From: Alphaproteobacteria bacterium
GTDB taxonomy: Bacteria > Pseudomonadota > Alphaproteobacteria > UBA828
Assembly: GCA_965237415.1 (NCBI GenBank)
Contig: CBDEFM010000002.1
Coordinates: forward strand, 2,752,001-2,816,000
Direction: 5' to 3'
DNA: 64,000 bases
In this document: positions 1 through 10,274 of the stretch, one piece after another
Position numbering within the stretch: the first letter of the stretch is position 1
How the letters are laid out: each line of letters starts with the position of its first letter
Notes under the pieces: model-generated
The model's input: the letters and a program-made list of their open reading frames with translations, nothing else
Database searches by the model: none
Told to the model about the DNA's origin: nothing
Made by a program: the position numbers and the translations under genes

Positions 1-915
1 CCGGCGGACATCCAGGCCTTTCTCTGTTGGAACATCAACCCGGCCGCCTCCAGCCCCGAGCAGGCCAGGTTCCGCCGGGCGCTGATGCGCGACGACCTCT
101 TCACGGTCGTCGTCGACATCTTCCAGACCGATACGGCGGACTATGCCGATTACGTGCTGCCGGCGGCGTCGTTCCTCGAATTCGACGATCTGGTCTCGGG
201 CTACTTCAACCTCTCGTTCTCCGCCCAGGCCAAGCTGCAGGAGCCGCTCGGCCAATCGCTCCCCAATCAGGAGATTTTTCGACGCCTCGCCCGCGCCATG
301 GGCTACGCCGAACCTGAACTCTACGAGGACGACGCGGCGATCATCGCGGAGATCATGGGCCAGGTGGGCGTCGCGGGCTCCTTCGACGACTTCAAGAGGG
401 TCGGCACGGTGTTCCCTGACGCGGCGCCCGTGATCCAGTTCGAGGGCCTCGCCTTCCCGACGCCGAGCGGCAAGATCGAGATCGCGTCCGCCCGCGCGGA
501 GGCCGCCGGCCACCCGCGCCTGCCGCTCGCCGAGGCCGACCCTAAGCCGGAGAACGGCAGGCTGCGCCTGCTCTCGCCGGCCTCGCCCTGGCTCATGAAC
601 GATTCCTACGCCAACGACCGGCGGATCGCGGATCGCCTCGGTGCCGCAACGGTGACGCTCCACCCTTCGGACGCGGCGGCCCGTGGCCTGACGGAAGGGC
701 AGCGGGTGCGGCTCAGCAACGAGACCGGCAGCCTGGAGCTTGCGCTGGCTGTTGCCGAGACGATTCCGCAGGGCGTGGCGCTCAGCCCCAAGGGCCGCTG
801 GCCGCGCCAGGAGGGCACGCGCGCCAACGTCAATGTCCTCAATCCCGGCATCAAGTCGGACATGGGGGAGAGCACCTGCGTGCACGGGGTCGAGGTCGAG
901 ATCGCCGCCGTTTGA
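1..915 (+). CDS. Molybdopterin-dependent oxidoreductase, C-terminal part (5' truncated by window edge)
   Basis: Frame is open from base 1 (PADIQAFLCWNINPAASSP...). Motifs VVVDIFQTDTADYADYVLPAA and FPTPSGKIEI, plus the molybdopterin dinucleotide-binding domain (LHPSDAAARGL..G.RVRLSN..G). Confidence 0.85.
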   Translation, partial: PADIQAFLCWNINPAASSPEQARFRRALMRDDLFTVVVDIFQTDTADYADYVLPAASFLEFDDLVSGYFNLSFSAQAKLQEPLGQSLPNQEIFRRLARAMGYAEPELYEDDAAIIAEIMGQVGVAGSFDDFKRVGTVFPDAAPVIQFEGLAFPTPSGKIEIASARAEAAGHPRLPLAEADPKPENGRLRLLSPASPWLMNDSYANDRRIADRLGAATVTLHPSDAAARGLTEGQRVRLSNETGSLELALAVAETIPQGVALSPKGRWPRQEGTRANVNVLNPGIKSDMGESTCVHGVEVEIAAV

Positions 916-1016
916 ACCCGAGCCCGCCCGAGCAAACAAAAGCGCTGTCGCCGTAGACCGGGCTTCGGTCTAAGCTGTCGCCCCCGCCGCCGCCCTCAGC
1001 CTGAGAGAACACCGCC

Positions 1017-1832
1017 ATGTCTGGAGCCGTTCACGCACCGATTAACTACATCCTGGCGACCGGCGAGAAGCCGGTCACCTACATCTCCGTGCCGGGGAAC
1101 AAGACGGCGCAGCGCGAGGCCGAATATCAGAAGGTCGAGGTCACAATTCGCGACGCCCGCGCGGCCAATGGCGCCTTCGACCTGGAGCGGGAGGGATTCA
1201 CCCTCACGACGGAGGGAAGCGCGGTCTCCGACTTCTTCGACGACGACGAGGTACAGGAGGTCTACAGCCCGGAGGTCGAGCGCCTCGTGAAGCAGGCGAG
1301 CGGCGCCGCCGAGGTTTTGGTCTTCGACCACACCATCCGCGTCGCCGATGACTCGGTGCGGAGCGAGCGGAAGGTGCGCGAGCCCGTGCATGTCGCGCAC
1401 AACGACTACACCAACCGCTCGGCCCCGCAGCGGGTGCGCGACCTGCTGCCGGCGGATCGCGCGGAGGAACTGCTCCAGCACCGTTTCGCCGTCGTGCAGA
1501 TCTGGCGGCCGATCGCGGGCCCGGTGCAGGACAGGCCGCTCGCCATCTGCGACGCCCAGAGCATCGATGCGGGGGACTTCGTGCTGACCGATCTCGTCTA
1601 TTCGGATCGCGTCGGCGAGGTGATGCAGCTCAGCCACAATCCCGGCCACCGTTGGTTCTACTTTCCCGAGATGGACCCGGGAGAGGTGCTGATCTTCAAG
1701 ACCTACGACTCGCTCGCCGACGGACGGGCGCGCTTTACCGCCCACACGGCGTTCGTCAATCCCACGGCGCCGGCGGACGCACGCCCGCGCCAGAGCATCG
1801 AATCCCGCACCCTCGCCTTCTTCGCACCCTGA
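1017..1832 (+). CDS. CmcJ/NvfI (AsaB-like) family oxidoreductase
   Basis: FDLEREGF, VFDHTIR, VAHNDYT, QIWRPI..PV.DRPLAICDA, HRWFYFPEM, HTAF and RQSIESR are typical of this family. Confidence 0.8.
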   Translation: MSGAVHAPINYILATGEKPVTYISVPGNKTAQREAEYQKVEVTIRDARAANGAFDLEREGFTLTTEGSAVSDFFDDDEVQEVYSPEVERLVKQASGAAEVLVFDHTIRVADDSVRSERKVREPVHVAHNDYTNRSAPQRVRDLLPADRAEELLQHRFAVVQIWRPIAGPVQDRPLAICDAQSIDAGDFVLTDLVYSDRVGEVMQLSHNPGHRWFYFPEMDPGEVLIFKTYDSLADGRARFTAHTAFVNPTAPADARPRQSIESRTLAFFAP

Positions 1833-1852
1833 GAGCAGGGCGCCGATAGGCG

Positions 1853-3334
1853 ATGACGGAGGCGGACGGCTCCCTCGCTGACGGCAGCAACAGGCCGGTC
1901 CTCACCGTCGGCGAGCTGTCGCAGGCGCTCAAGCGCGTGGTCGAGGGCGAGTTCGCCTGGGTCAGCGTGCGGGGCGAGGTCTCGGGCTTCAAGCGCGCCG
2001 CATCGGGCCATCTCTACTTCGCGCTCAAGGATGCGGACGCGGTGCTGGACGCGGTCTGCTGGCGCGGCACCGCCGGGCGGCTCGGGATCGCGCCCGAAGA
2101 CGGGCTCGAGGTCATCGCCACCGGCAAGATCAGCACGTATCCGGGGCGCTCACGCTATCAGATCGTGGTCGAGCGGCTGGAGCTGTCCGGTGCAGGCGCC
2201 CTGCTCGCGCTGCTGGAGGCGCGCAAGAAGGCGCTCGCCGCCGAGGGCCTCTTCGACGAGGCGCGCAAGCGCGAGCTGCCCTACTTGCCCGAGACCATCG
2301 GCGTCGTGACCTCGCCCACGGGCGCGGTGATCCGCGACATCCTGCATCGAATCGAGGACCGCTTTCCCCGCCGGGTGCTGGTCTGGCCGGTCACGGTCCA
2401 AGGCGCGGGCGCGGCGGAGGAGATCGCTGCCGCGATCGCGGGCTTCAACCGCCTCGATGCAGCCACGCCGGTGCCGCGGCCCGACGTGCTGATCGTCGCC
2501 CGCGGCGGCGGCAGCCTGGAAGACCTCTGGGCCTTCAACGAGGAAGTCGTGGTGCGCGCCGCGGCGGCGAGCGCCATCCCGCTGATCGCCGCCGTGGGGC
2601 ACGAGACCGACGTGACGCTGATCGACCTTGCCGCCGACCTCCGGGCGCCGACGCCGACCGCGGCCGCCGAGATCGCCGTGCCGGTGCGCGCCGACCTCTT
2701 GGAGCGTACGCACACCCTAGAGCATCGGATCGGTGCGTCGTTCCGCCGGCTGATCGCCGAGCGGCGCGCGCGCGTGGATGGGCTCGGGCGTGGCCTACCG
2801 GCGGCGCGGGACCGGCTGACCACCGCGAGCCAGCGACTCGACGACTGGTCGGAGCGGCTCGCCCGCGGGGTGCGCGGCCGACTCGGGACCGAGCGCCAGG
2901 CCCTCGGCCGGCTGAGGCCGCTCAGGCCGCGCCAACTCCTCGCCCTCAAGCGCCAGCAGCTCGCGCACGCCACCGGTCGCCTCTCGGCCGAGCGCCCCGC
3001 CGCTCGCGTAAGCCAAGCACGCCAGGCGAGCGACCTGCTGGCGGAGCGGCTTGGCCGCGCCGGGCACGCGGCGTTGAACGAGCGGTCGGCACGGGTCGAG
3101 ACGGCGGCGCGGCTGCTCGAAAGCTATTCCCATCGAGGCGTTCTTGCGCGCGGCTTCGCTGTCGTGCGCGACCAGCGGGAGCGGCCCGTGACCAGCGCGG
3201 CAGCGGTGAAGCCGGGCGCCGCACTCTCTCTCGAATTCCACGATGGCCGCGCCGCCGCCCGCGCCACCGGCCGGCCCAAGCCCCGCAAGGCCGAACGGGA
3301 CGAGGACGACGGCGGGCAGGCGCCGTTGCTCTGA
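1853..3334 (+). CDS. xseA: Exodeoxyribonuclease VII large subunit
   Basis: OB-fold VRGEVSGFK..SGHLYF; ARGGGSLEDLWAFNEE; VGHETD; APTPTAAAE. Confidence 0.97.
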   Translation: MTEADGSLADGSNRPVLTVGELSQALKRVVEGEFAWVSVRGEVSGFKRAASGHLYFALKDADAVLDAVCWRGTAGRLGIAPEDGLEVIATGKISTYPGRSRYQIVVERLELSGAGALLALLEARKKALAAEGLFDEARKRELPYLPETIGVVTSPTGAVIRDILHRIEDRFPRRVLVWPVTVQGAGAAEEIAAAIAGFNRLDAATPVPRPDVLIVARGGGSLEDLWAFNEEVVVRAAAASAIPLIAAVGHETDVTLIDLAADLRAPTPTAAAEIAVPVRADLLERTHTLEHRIGASFRRLIAERRARVDGLGRGLPAARDRLTTASQRLDDWSERLARGVRGRLGTERQALGRLRPLRPRQLLALKRQQLAHATGRLSAERPAARVSQARQASDLLAERLGRAGHAALNERSARVETAARLLESYSHRGVLARGFAVVRDQRERPVTSAAAVKPGAALSLEFHDGRAAARATGRPKPRKAERDEDDGGQAPLL

Positions 3335-3424
3335 GGGCTGGCGCCCGAGCTTGCTTGCGTGCGCGCAGGTGCGTCGCCACTATGACCACACGATGAAGCT
3401 CTGGATCGAGCCGGCGGAGGCGCG

Positions 3425-4225
3425 ATGAAGATCGGCATCCCGGGTGCCGCTGGGCGCATGGGCCAGGCGCTGGCCCGTCAGGTTGAGGCCACGGAAGGCT
3501 GCACTCTGGTCGCGGCGACCGAAGTTTCCGACCATCCCGCGCTCGGCAGGGACTGCGGCGCCCTTGCCGGGATCGAGCCGCTAGGCGTCGCGGTGAGCGA
3601 CGATCCGCAGGCGATGTTCCGCGCTGCCGATGCGGTGCTCGACTTCACCCTGCCGGGCGCCACCGCCGGCCACGCCGCGCTCGCGGCCGCCGAGGGCACG
3701 ATCCTCGTCGTCGGCACCACCGGCATCGGCGAGGCCGAGCAGGCCGCGCTCAAGGAGGCGGCGGCGCAAACTGCCGTGGTGCAGGCGCCCAACATGAGCC
3801 TCGCCGTCAATCTGCTGATGCGTCTCACCGAGCAGGTCGCGGGCCTCTTGGACGCCGATTACGACATCGAGATCGTCGAGATGCACCATCGGCACAAGAT
3901 CGACGCGCCCTCCGGCACGGCTTTGGGTCTGGGCCGGGCGGCGGCGCGCGCGCGGGGAGTCTCGTTCGATGAGGTCGCAGCACGCGGCCGCGACGGCGTG
4001 ACCGGCGCGCGACCGCGTGGCGAGATCGGCTTCGCCGCGCTGCGCGGCGGCGATGTGGTGGGCGAGCACAGCGTGATCTTCGCGGCGGACGGCGAGCGGC
4101 TGGAGCTGACCTGCCGTTCGGCGAACCGCCAGACCTATGCCCGAGGTGCTCTCCAGGCGGCGCGCTGGGCAGAGGGGCGGGGACCGGGCCTCTACACGAT
4201 GGCCGACGTGCTCGGCCTCACCTGA
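3425..4225 (+). CDS. dapB: 4-hydroxy-tetrahydrodipicolinate reductase
   Basis: GAAGRMG, VGTTG, EMHHRHKIDAPSGTAL, RGGDVVGEH. Confidence 0.97.
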   Translation: MKIGIPGAAGRMGQALARQVEATEGCTLVAATEVSDHPALGRDCGALAGIEPLGVAVSDDPQAMFRAADAVLDFTLPGATAGHAALAAAEGTILVVGTTGIGEAEQAALKEAAAQTAVVQAPNMSLAVNLLMRLTEQVAGLLDADYDIEIVEMHHRHKIDAPSGTALGLGRAAARARGVSFDEVAARGRDGVTGARPRGEIGFAALRGGDVVGEHSVIFAADGERLELTCRSANRQTYARGALQAARWAEGRGPGLYTMADVLGLT

Positions 4226-4257
4226 GTGCCTGTGGCGCCAATCGCAGGCGCCGGGGC

Positions 4258-5145
4258 CTACACCTGCTTGGCGTCGATGACGCCGCGCCGGATCGTGCGG
4301 GTGCGGGTGAAGAGCGCCTCCAGGTGGGTGCCGTCGCCCCGGCGGATGGCGCGCTGGAGGGCCGAGAGATCCTCGCTGAAGCGGCCCAGCATCTCCAGCA
4401 CCGCGCCCCGGTTGTTGAGGAAGACATCGCGCCACATGATCGGGTCCGACGCGGCGAGGCGAGTGAAATCGCGGAAGCCGCCGGCCGCATACTTGAAGAC
4501 CTCGTGCCTGGTCTCTTCCTCGAGGTCGGTGACCGTGCCGACGATGTTGTAGGCGATCAGGTGCGGCAGGTGGGAGGTGATGGCGAGCACCAGGTCGTGG
4601 TGCGCGGCGTCCATCATCTCGATTTTCATGCCGGCCATGCGCCAGAGTGCGGCGATCCGCTCCACCGCTGCGGGGTCCGCGTCCGGCGCCGGGGTCAGGA
4701 TGCACCAGCGGCCCTCGAACATCTCGGCGAACCCGGCCTCGGGCCCCGAATGCTCGGTGCCTGCGACCGGATGGCCGGGGATCAGGTGGACGCCGGCAGG
4801 CACATGCGGCCCGACCGCCGCGAACACGGCGCTCTTGACCGAGCCGACGTCCGTCAGAATCGCGCCTTCGGCCAGGTGCGGCCCGATTCTTGCCGCGAGC
4901 GGCGCGAATGTGCCGACCGGCGAGCCCAGCACCACGAGGTCGCAGCCTTCGACCGCTTCGACGGGGTCGAGCGTCACCCGGTCGGCGAAGCCGAGCCTCA
5001 TGGCCGTGTCGAGAGTCGCCTGGCTCCGGGCACAGCCCACGATCTCGGTCGCGGGTGCCTTCTCACGAAGGACCCGCGCGAGCGAGGAGTTGACCAGGCC
5101 GAGGCCGATCAGTGCGACGCGCGAGAAGGGCTCGGGCTCGCTCAC
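4258..5145 (-). CDS. tyrC: Prephenate/arogenate (cyclohexadienyl) dehydrogenase
   Basis: Rossmann IGLGL; TDVGSVK; GHPVAGTEHSG; SHLPHL; GGFRDFTRLA.SDP.MWRD. Confidence 0.92.
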   Translation of the reverse strand: MSEPEPFSRVALIGLGLVNSSLARVLREKAPATEIVGCARSQATLDTAMRLGFADRVTLDPVEAVEGCDLVVLGSPVGTFAPLAARIGPHLAEGAILTDVGSVKSAVFAAVGPHVPAGVHLIPGHPVAGTEHSGPEAGFAEMFEGRWCILTPAPDADPAAVERIAALWRMAGMKIEMMDAAHHDLVLAITSHLPHLIAYNIVGTVTDLEEETRHEVFKYAAGGFRDFTRLAASDPIMWRDVFLNNRGAVLEMLGRFSEDLSALQRAIRRGDGTHLEALFTRTRTIRRGVIDAKQV

Positions 5146-6263
5146 CGTTCGCCGCCCGCCTCTGCCGCAGGCGCTGCCATGAAGGCCTCGAGCACCTGGG
5201 CCACGGCCTCATTCTCCGCCTCCAGGCCGACCGTGATCCTGAGGCAGTCGGCGAGGTGATAGGGCTCCATCCGACGGGCGACGACCCCGCGTTCGCTGAG
5301 AAAGCGATCGGCCGCCGCAGCGTCCCGGCCAGGCTCGTCCGGAAAGCGAACCAGCAGGAAGTTGCAGACGCTGGGAACGACCTGGAGCCCGGCGGCGGTG
5401 AGCCTGGCGGCCAGCGCATCGCGACATGCCTCGTTATGCCGGCAGGAGCGGACGATGTGATCCTGATCCTCAAGCGCGGCCAGAGCCGCAGCGAGCGCCG
5501 CGGCGTTGGCGTTGAAGGGGCCGCGGATGCGGTGCAGCACGTCGATAATGGCTTGCGGCGCGTAGGCCCAGCCGAGCCTGAGCGCCGCAAGCCCGTAAGC
5601 CTTTGAGAACGTGCGGGTCATCACCACGTTGGGCGCCATCCCGGCGAGGTCGAGGCTGGGATCGTAGTCGCCGTCGGTAACGAATTCAGCGTAGGCCGAA
5701 TCGACCACCAGCACGACATGCTCCGGCAGGCCGCCCCAGAGCCGGTGGAGCTCGCCCCTGGGAATGTAGGTCCCGGTCGGGTTGTTGGGGTTGGCGAGGA
5801 AGACGATCCGGGTCCGCTCGGTCACCCGGCCCAGGATCGCGTCGACATCAGCGGTGAACTCGGTCTCCGGCGCTACGACGGGCGTGGCGCCGACGGCAAG
5901 CGTGGCCAGCGGATAGACCAGAAATCCGTGACGGGAATAGATGATCTCGTCGCCCGGACCGGCATAGGCTTGAGCGAGAAGCTGGAGCAGCTCGTCCGAG
6001 CCGTTGCCGCAAACGATCCGTTCCGGATCGATTCCGTGCAGCGCGCCGAGCGCGGTGCGCAGATCCGTGGCTCCGCCGTCGGGGTAGCGGTGCAGCGTCC
6101 CTGCGAGCTCCCGGTACGCGGCCTGCGCCTTCGGGCTCGGGCCCAGCGCGGACTCGTTGGAGGAGAGCTTGATGGTGTTGGTGTGGCCGTCGGCGGTGGA
6201 GCGCCCGCCGACATAGGGCGAGATCTCCATGATCCCGGGACGTGGGGTCGGATGGACCGGCAT
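5142..6263 (-). CDS. hisC: Histidinol-phosphate aminotransferase
   Basis: KLSSNES, RYPD, GNGSDE, ANPNNPTG, RTFSKAYGLAALRLG (PLP lysine). Confidence 0.95.
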   Translation of the reverse strand: MPVHPTPRPGIMEISPYVGGRSTADGHTNTIKLSSNESALGPSPKAQAAYRELAGTLHRYPDGGATDLRTALGALHGIDPERIVCGNGSDELLQLLAQAYAGPGDEIIYSRHGFLVYPLATLAVGATPVVAPETEFTADVDAILGRVTERTRIVFLANPNNPTGTYIPRGELHRLWGGLPEHVVLVVDSAYAEFVTDGDYDPSLDLAGMAPNVVMTRTFSKAYGLAALRLGWAYAPQAIIDVLHRIRGPFNANAAALAAALAALEDQDHIVRSCRHNEACRDALAARLTAAGLQVVPSVCNFLLVRFPDEPGRDAAAADRFLSERGVVARRMEPYHLADCLRITVGLEAENEAVAQVLEAFMAAPAAEAGGER

Positions 6264-6281
6264 CGTCGTGCTCGCCGCTCG

Positions 6282-7196
6282 TCAGCCGTCGTGCCAGGGG
6301 GCAGGCGGCCTTGGATAGCTACCCAGCACCGCGATGCGCCCGACATCGTCGCCCAGCTGCTCGGCGAAGTCCCGCAGCCGCTCGTCCTCCTCAGCGACGA
6401 AGCCATCGGCCTCGATGAGTTGCCAGCGGCCCGGCACACGGTCGTCGCCGTGCCATGCAACGGAACCGGTCACCGCGATGCCGGCCACGGCGAGCGCTGA
6501 GCGGATGCGATCGCGGCTGATGGTGTCAGACGATTCGACCGCCATGAAGGAAACATCGTCGCCCGATGGCGCCGGCTGGGTCATGGCCACCACGAGCGCG
6601 CTGGTCTTGCCGGCGGAATTCCGCCCGCCCGCGAGCCAGGGCAGCCGGGAGACGATCATCGGGCGTTCCTCGTCGCTGACTGCGAGCGTCAGCCACCATG
6701 GCTCGGCGCTCACCCCGAAATCGCCGCTCATCGCGTCCGCAGGCACGGGCAAAACGCCGACCGACGCCTTGCCGTCGCGCACGCCGCGCAGCACGCCGCT
6801 TTCTGTCCGCGCGGTGAGCAACGGCGTTTCGGCGCCGAAATGGACCCGTGCGAGGTCGGGGAAGCGGCTTTCTTCGCTGGGCTCCTCGACCGTGAACACC
6901 GATACCGCGAAGCCGCCCTCGGCGAAGAGGGTCGCCGACATGATCTCGGACCAGATCCGCACGATGACGGGGAAGGGGAAGGGGCCCTCGTGGCGCGCCA
7001 TCAGCCGCCTCAGGATTGCGGCCTCGCGCGCCGGCCGCAACAGCGCGCCGGTGGCGCCGGCCGCACGCTTGGTCTCGCTGATGCGGTTGGCGAGCGCCAT
7101 GCGACGCATCAGCAGGTCGTGGATCGTATCGTCGATCTCGTCGATCTCGTCGCGCATGGCGGCGAGCGGAGACTCCTCCGGCGAAGGCCTGTTCAT
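6282..7196 (-). CDS. Chorismate mutase (AroQ) with divergent PDT/ACT-like C-terminal region
   Basis: LAAMRDEIDEIDDTIHDLLMRR...RPAREA AroQ motif; ends in LGSYP like the PheA ACT domain; lies upstream of hisC-tyrC. Start placed at ATG 7196. Confidence 0.85.
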   Translation of the reverse strand: MNRPSPEESPLAAMRDEIDEIDDTIHDLLMRRMALANRISETKRAAGATGALLRPAREAAILRRLMARHEGPFPFPVIVRIWSEIMSATLFAEGGFAVSVFTVEEPSEESRFPDLARVHFGAETPLLTARTESGVLRGVRDGKASVGVLPVPADAMSGDFGVSAEPWWLTLAVSDEERPMIVSRLPWLAGGRNSAGKTSALVVAMTQPAPSGDDVSFMAVESSDTISRDRIRSALAVAGIAVTGSVAWHGDDRVPGRWQLIEADGFVAEEDERLRDFAEQLGDDVGRIAVLGSYPRPPAPWHDG

Positions 7197-7365
7197 GGCA
7201 TGGCTGACGTGGCTCAGGGGGTGGCGAGTCCTAGTCCATGAGCGTGGTAAAATCAAAGAGAACATTGACTTTCGAGTTCAAATCGCAACTGTCTGACCCC
7301 CTTTCGGCAATAGTTTCGGTACGCAATCCGATGGCGGGATGCGGCCGTGCAGAGCCCGACGAGCG

Positions 7366-8535
7366 ATGACCGCAATGCCCGAGAGCCAAGCTGCGGTGGA
7401 ACACGTGCAGACCGGCCTGAGCGTCGAGCTCGGCCGGGAGGTGCCGCTCGAGCTCGATTGCGGCGTCTCCCTCGGGCCCTTCACGCTCGCCTATCAGACC
7501 TACGGCACGCTCAATGCCGAGCGCTCCAACTCTGTGCTCCTCTGCCATGCGCTCACCGGCGACCAGTTCGTCCTCGGGCCCCATCCGGTTACCGGCAAGC
7601 CCGGCTGGTGGGAGATGATGGTAGGGCCGGGCAAGACATTCGACACCGATCGCTATTTCGTGATCTGCTGCAACGCGCTCGGCGGCTGCATGGGCACCAC
7701 GGGGCCGAAGGAGATCAACCCCGCCACAGGGCGCCCCTGGGGCCTCGACTTCCCGGTCATCACCATCCGCGACATGGTCAAGGCTCAGGCAATGCTGCTC
7801 GACCATCTGGGGATCGAGCAGCTTTTCTGCGTGTCCGGCGGCTCCATGGGCGGCATGCAGGCTTTGCAGTGGGTGGCGAGCTACCCCGAGCGCTGCTACA
7901 CCGCGGTGCCGATCGCCTGTGCCGCAAAGCATTCGGCCCAGAACATCGCGCTCAATGAAGTCGGCCGCCAGGCGATCATGGCCGATCCCGAATGGCGCGA
8001 GGGGCGCTATCAGGAACTCGGCACAAATCCGGTGGGTGGCCTCGCGGTGGCGCGCATGGCCGCGCACATCACCTATCTCTCGGAATCGGCGCTGCACCGG
8101 AAGTTTGGCCGCGCGCTCCAGGACAGGAGCAACGTCACCTACGGGTTCGATGCGGATTTTCAGGTCGAGAGCTACCTTCGCTATCAGGGACAAAGTTTCG
8201 TAGAGCGTTTCGACGCCAACTCCTACCTCTACATCACCCGGGCGATCGACTACTTCGATCTCGCGGCCGATTACGACGGCGTGCTGGCGAATGCGTTTCG
8301 CGGGGTCGAGACCCGCTTCTGCGTGATTTCCTTTACCAGCGACTGGCTTTATCCCACGTCGGAGAATCGCGCCATCGTGCGAGCGCTGGCCGCGGCCGCC
8401 GCCAACGTGAGCTTCGTCGAGGTGGTGAGCGACAAGGGGCACGATGCCTTCCTCCTCGACGAGCCGAACATGTTCGAGACATTGCGCGGGTTCCTGAGCG
8501 GTGCTGCCGCCAAGCGCGGGCTCCACAGCCCGTAA
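7366..8535 (+). CDS. metX: Homoserine O-acetyltransferase
   Basis: [15 protein letters not shown] nucleophile elbow, RFDANSY, GHDAFL. Start uncertain (7366 or 7375). Confidence 0.95.
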   Translation: MTAMPESQAAVEHVQTGLSVELGREVPLELDCGVSLGPFTLAYQTYGTLNAERSNSVLLCHALTGDQFVLGPHPVTGKPGWWEMMVGPGKTFDTDRYFVICCNALGGCMGTTGPKEINPATGRPWGLDFPVITIRDMVKAQAMLLDHLGIEQLFCVSGGSMGGMQALQWVASYPERCYTAVPIACAAKHSAQNIALNEVGRQAIMADPEWREGRYQELGTNPVGGLAVARMAAHITYLSESALHRKFGRALQDRSNVTYGFDADFQVESYLRYQGQSFVERFDANSYLYITRAIDYFDLAADYDGVLANAFRGVETRFCVISFTSDWLYPTSENRAIVRALAAAAANVSFVEVVSDKGHDAFLLDEPNMFETLRGFLSGAAAKRGLHSP

Positions 8536-8545
8536 GAACCGGTCC

Positions 8546-9208
8546 GTGAACGCAGGCCCGCGGCGCCAGGGCGCCCGCCCCGACCATCGCCTGATTGCCG
8601 AGCTGGTGGAGCCTGGCTCCAGGCTGCTCGACATCGGCTGCGGCGACGGCGCCCTGCTGGAGCTGCTCGCGCGCGAGAAGAACGTCGATGGCCGCGGCAT
8701 CGAGATCAGCCAGGAGGGCGTGAACGCCTCGGTGAGGCGCGGGCTCTCGGCCATCCAGGGGGATGCGGAGACCGACCTCGCCGACTACCCGGACGCAGCC
8801 TTCGATTACGTCGTGCTGAGCCAGACCCTGCCGGCGATCCGAGACCCCAGGAGCGTGTTGCTGGAACTGCTCAGGATCGGCCAGAGCGCGATCGTCTCGA
8901 TCCCCAATTTCGGGCATTGGCGCAACCGGCTGCATCTGCTGACCCGTGGCCGGATGCCGACGCCTCTGGGTTCCGGCGAGCTATGGTATGAGACGCCAAT
9001 GATCAGGCCCTGCACGATCAAGGACTTCGTGATGCTCTGCCGCGAGCTCGGAATCCGAATCGAGCGACGCACCCAGGTCGATTCGCGCGGCCGCGTGCGC
9101 CGCTTCACAGGCACCGGCCGCTTCGCCAACCTCTTCGGCGAGCAGGCGGTGTTCCTGCTCTCGGCCGATCCCGCGCGCGGCGCAGGCTCAGGGGCGGGAC
9201 GCCGGTAA
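8546..9208 (+). CDS. metW: Methionine biosynthesis protein MetW
   Basis: RPDHRLIAELV..GSRLLDIGCGDG, FDYVVLSQTL, PNFGHWR; directly follows metX. GTG start inferred. Confidence 0.92.
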   Translation: MNAGPRRQGARPDHRLIAELVEPGSRLLDIGCGDGALLELLAREKNVDGRGIEISQEGVNASVRRGLSAIQGDAETDLADYPDAAFDYVVLSQTLPAIRDPRSVLLELLRIGQSAIVSIPNFGHWRNRLHLLTRGRMPTPLGSGELWYETPMIRPCTIKDFVMLCRELGIRIERRTQVDSRGRVRRFTGTGRFANLFGEQAVFLLSADPARGAGSGAGRR

Positions 9209-9958
9209 GCCGCAGTCTCCGGCGGCCGTTCGCGCGCCCGCCGGCACCGGTTGCGGCAGCGGCATGATGACCCGGCGCCTCTGCCGCGCCGTCACCGGGC
9301 GCGCCTCGAACACGGTCTTGCCGGCCTCCACATAGACGAGGCCGCCGAAGGGGCGCCCGAGGTGGCGGCCCACGCGCTGCCAGACGGCAGCGGTGCGCAG
9401 CACCGCGCGCGAGCCCGCGGGCGGGAAGAACAGCATCGCGCCGGCGGTGAGCGGGGCGAAGCGGTGCTCCCTCAAGAGCCGGGCGAGCTGGGAGGCGCTG
9501 AACGGCGAGCCATGGCCGAATGGCGTCGCCTCGGCGCGTGCCCAGAGGCCGTGGCGGTTCGGCACCAGCACCAGAATGCGCCCGTTCGGCCGCATCACCC
9601 GCCACACCTCCTCCAGCATCGCCCGGCGCTGCTCGCTGAACTCGAGGCCATGGACGATGAGGATGCGGTCGATGGAGCCGTCGGGGAGCGGCAGGAAGCC
9701 GTCGTCGGCGAGCGTTACCAGCCGCCCGCCGCTCTCGGGCCACGCCATGACCCCCTGGCCCGCCGGCATGACGGCGAACACGCGATCCGCCTCCTCGCGG
9801 AAGAGCCCGAGGAAGGGCACCGGGTAGCCGAGCCCCAGCACCACCTCTTCGCGCACGCTCGGCCACACCCGGCGGATTTTCTGGCCCATTATCCGCCGTG
9901 CGACGCGGCCCAGCCGGGTCAGGTAGAAGGCGTTGAGGTCGACGACGTCCTGATGCAT
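9188..9958 (-). CDS. Class I SAM-dependent methyltransferase (YafS-like)
   Basis: DVVDLNAFY.T.LG, VLGLGYP.P, LPLPDGSIDRIL.VHGLE, PNR.GLWAR.E.TPFG.G.PF. Confidence 0.85.
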   Translation of the reverse strand: MHQDVVDLNAFYLTRLGRVARRIMGQKIRRVWPSVREEVVLGLGYPVPFLGLFREEADRVFAVMPAGQGVMAWPESGGRLVTLADDGFLPLPDGSIDRILIVHGLEFSEQRRAMLEEVWRVMRPNGRILVLVPNRHGLWARAEATPFGHGSPFSASQLARLLREHRFAPLTAGAMLFFPPAGSRAVLRTAAVWQRVGRHLGRPFGGLVYVEAGKTVFEARPVTARQRRRVIMPLPQPVPAGARTAAGDCGLPASRP

Positions 9959-10004
9959 GGCCGGGTATCGTAGCAGGCTCCGGCGGCTCGGCTCAGCACG
10001 GGTT

Positions 10005-10274
10005 TAGCCCGCATTTCTCACCAAGGTCATGGTCTGCGCGGCGCTGTCCGGCCGACAGAGTAGGAACGGCGCGCAGCGCGATGCGGGGACATCGGGCAAG
10101 CGCCGTGACGCACACTGTCGGCCGGACAGCGCCGCCCTTCGGGTCGCGCCCAGGCGCCCGCCCGCGGCGTCGCGGGCCTCAACCGTAGCTCCAGCTACGC
10201 TCTTCGGCCCGCTCCTGGCGGATCGAACGCCTGGACACGACGCAGGCCGTGACCCTGGTGAGAAATGCGGGCTA
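10005..10274. mobile_element. MITE-like palindromic element, copy 1 (TA-flanked)
   Basis: Terminal inverted repeats TAGCCCGCATTTCTCACCAAGGTCATGG / CCGTGACCCTGGTGAGAAATGCGGGCTA; internal 21-bp inverted repeat 10038-10058/10115-10135; related copy at 20288-20464. Confidence 0.85.

Noticed and set aside
7197-7365. SAM-II/SAM-alpha riboswitch upstream of metX
   Set aside because: The characteristic GATTT...TTGC...GCTAAA elements were not found.
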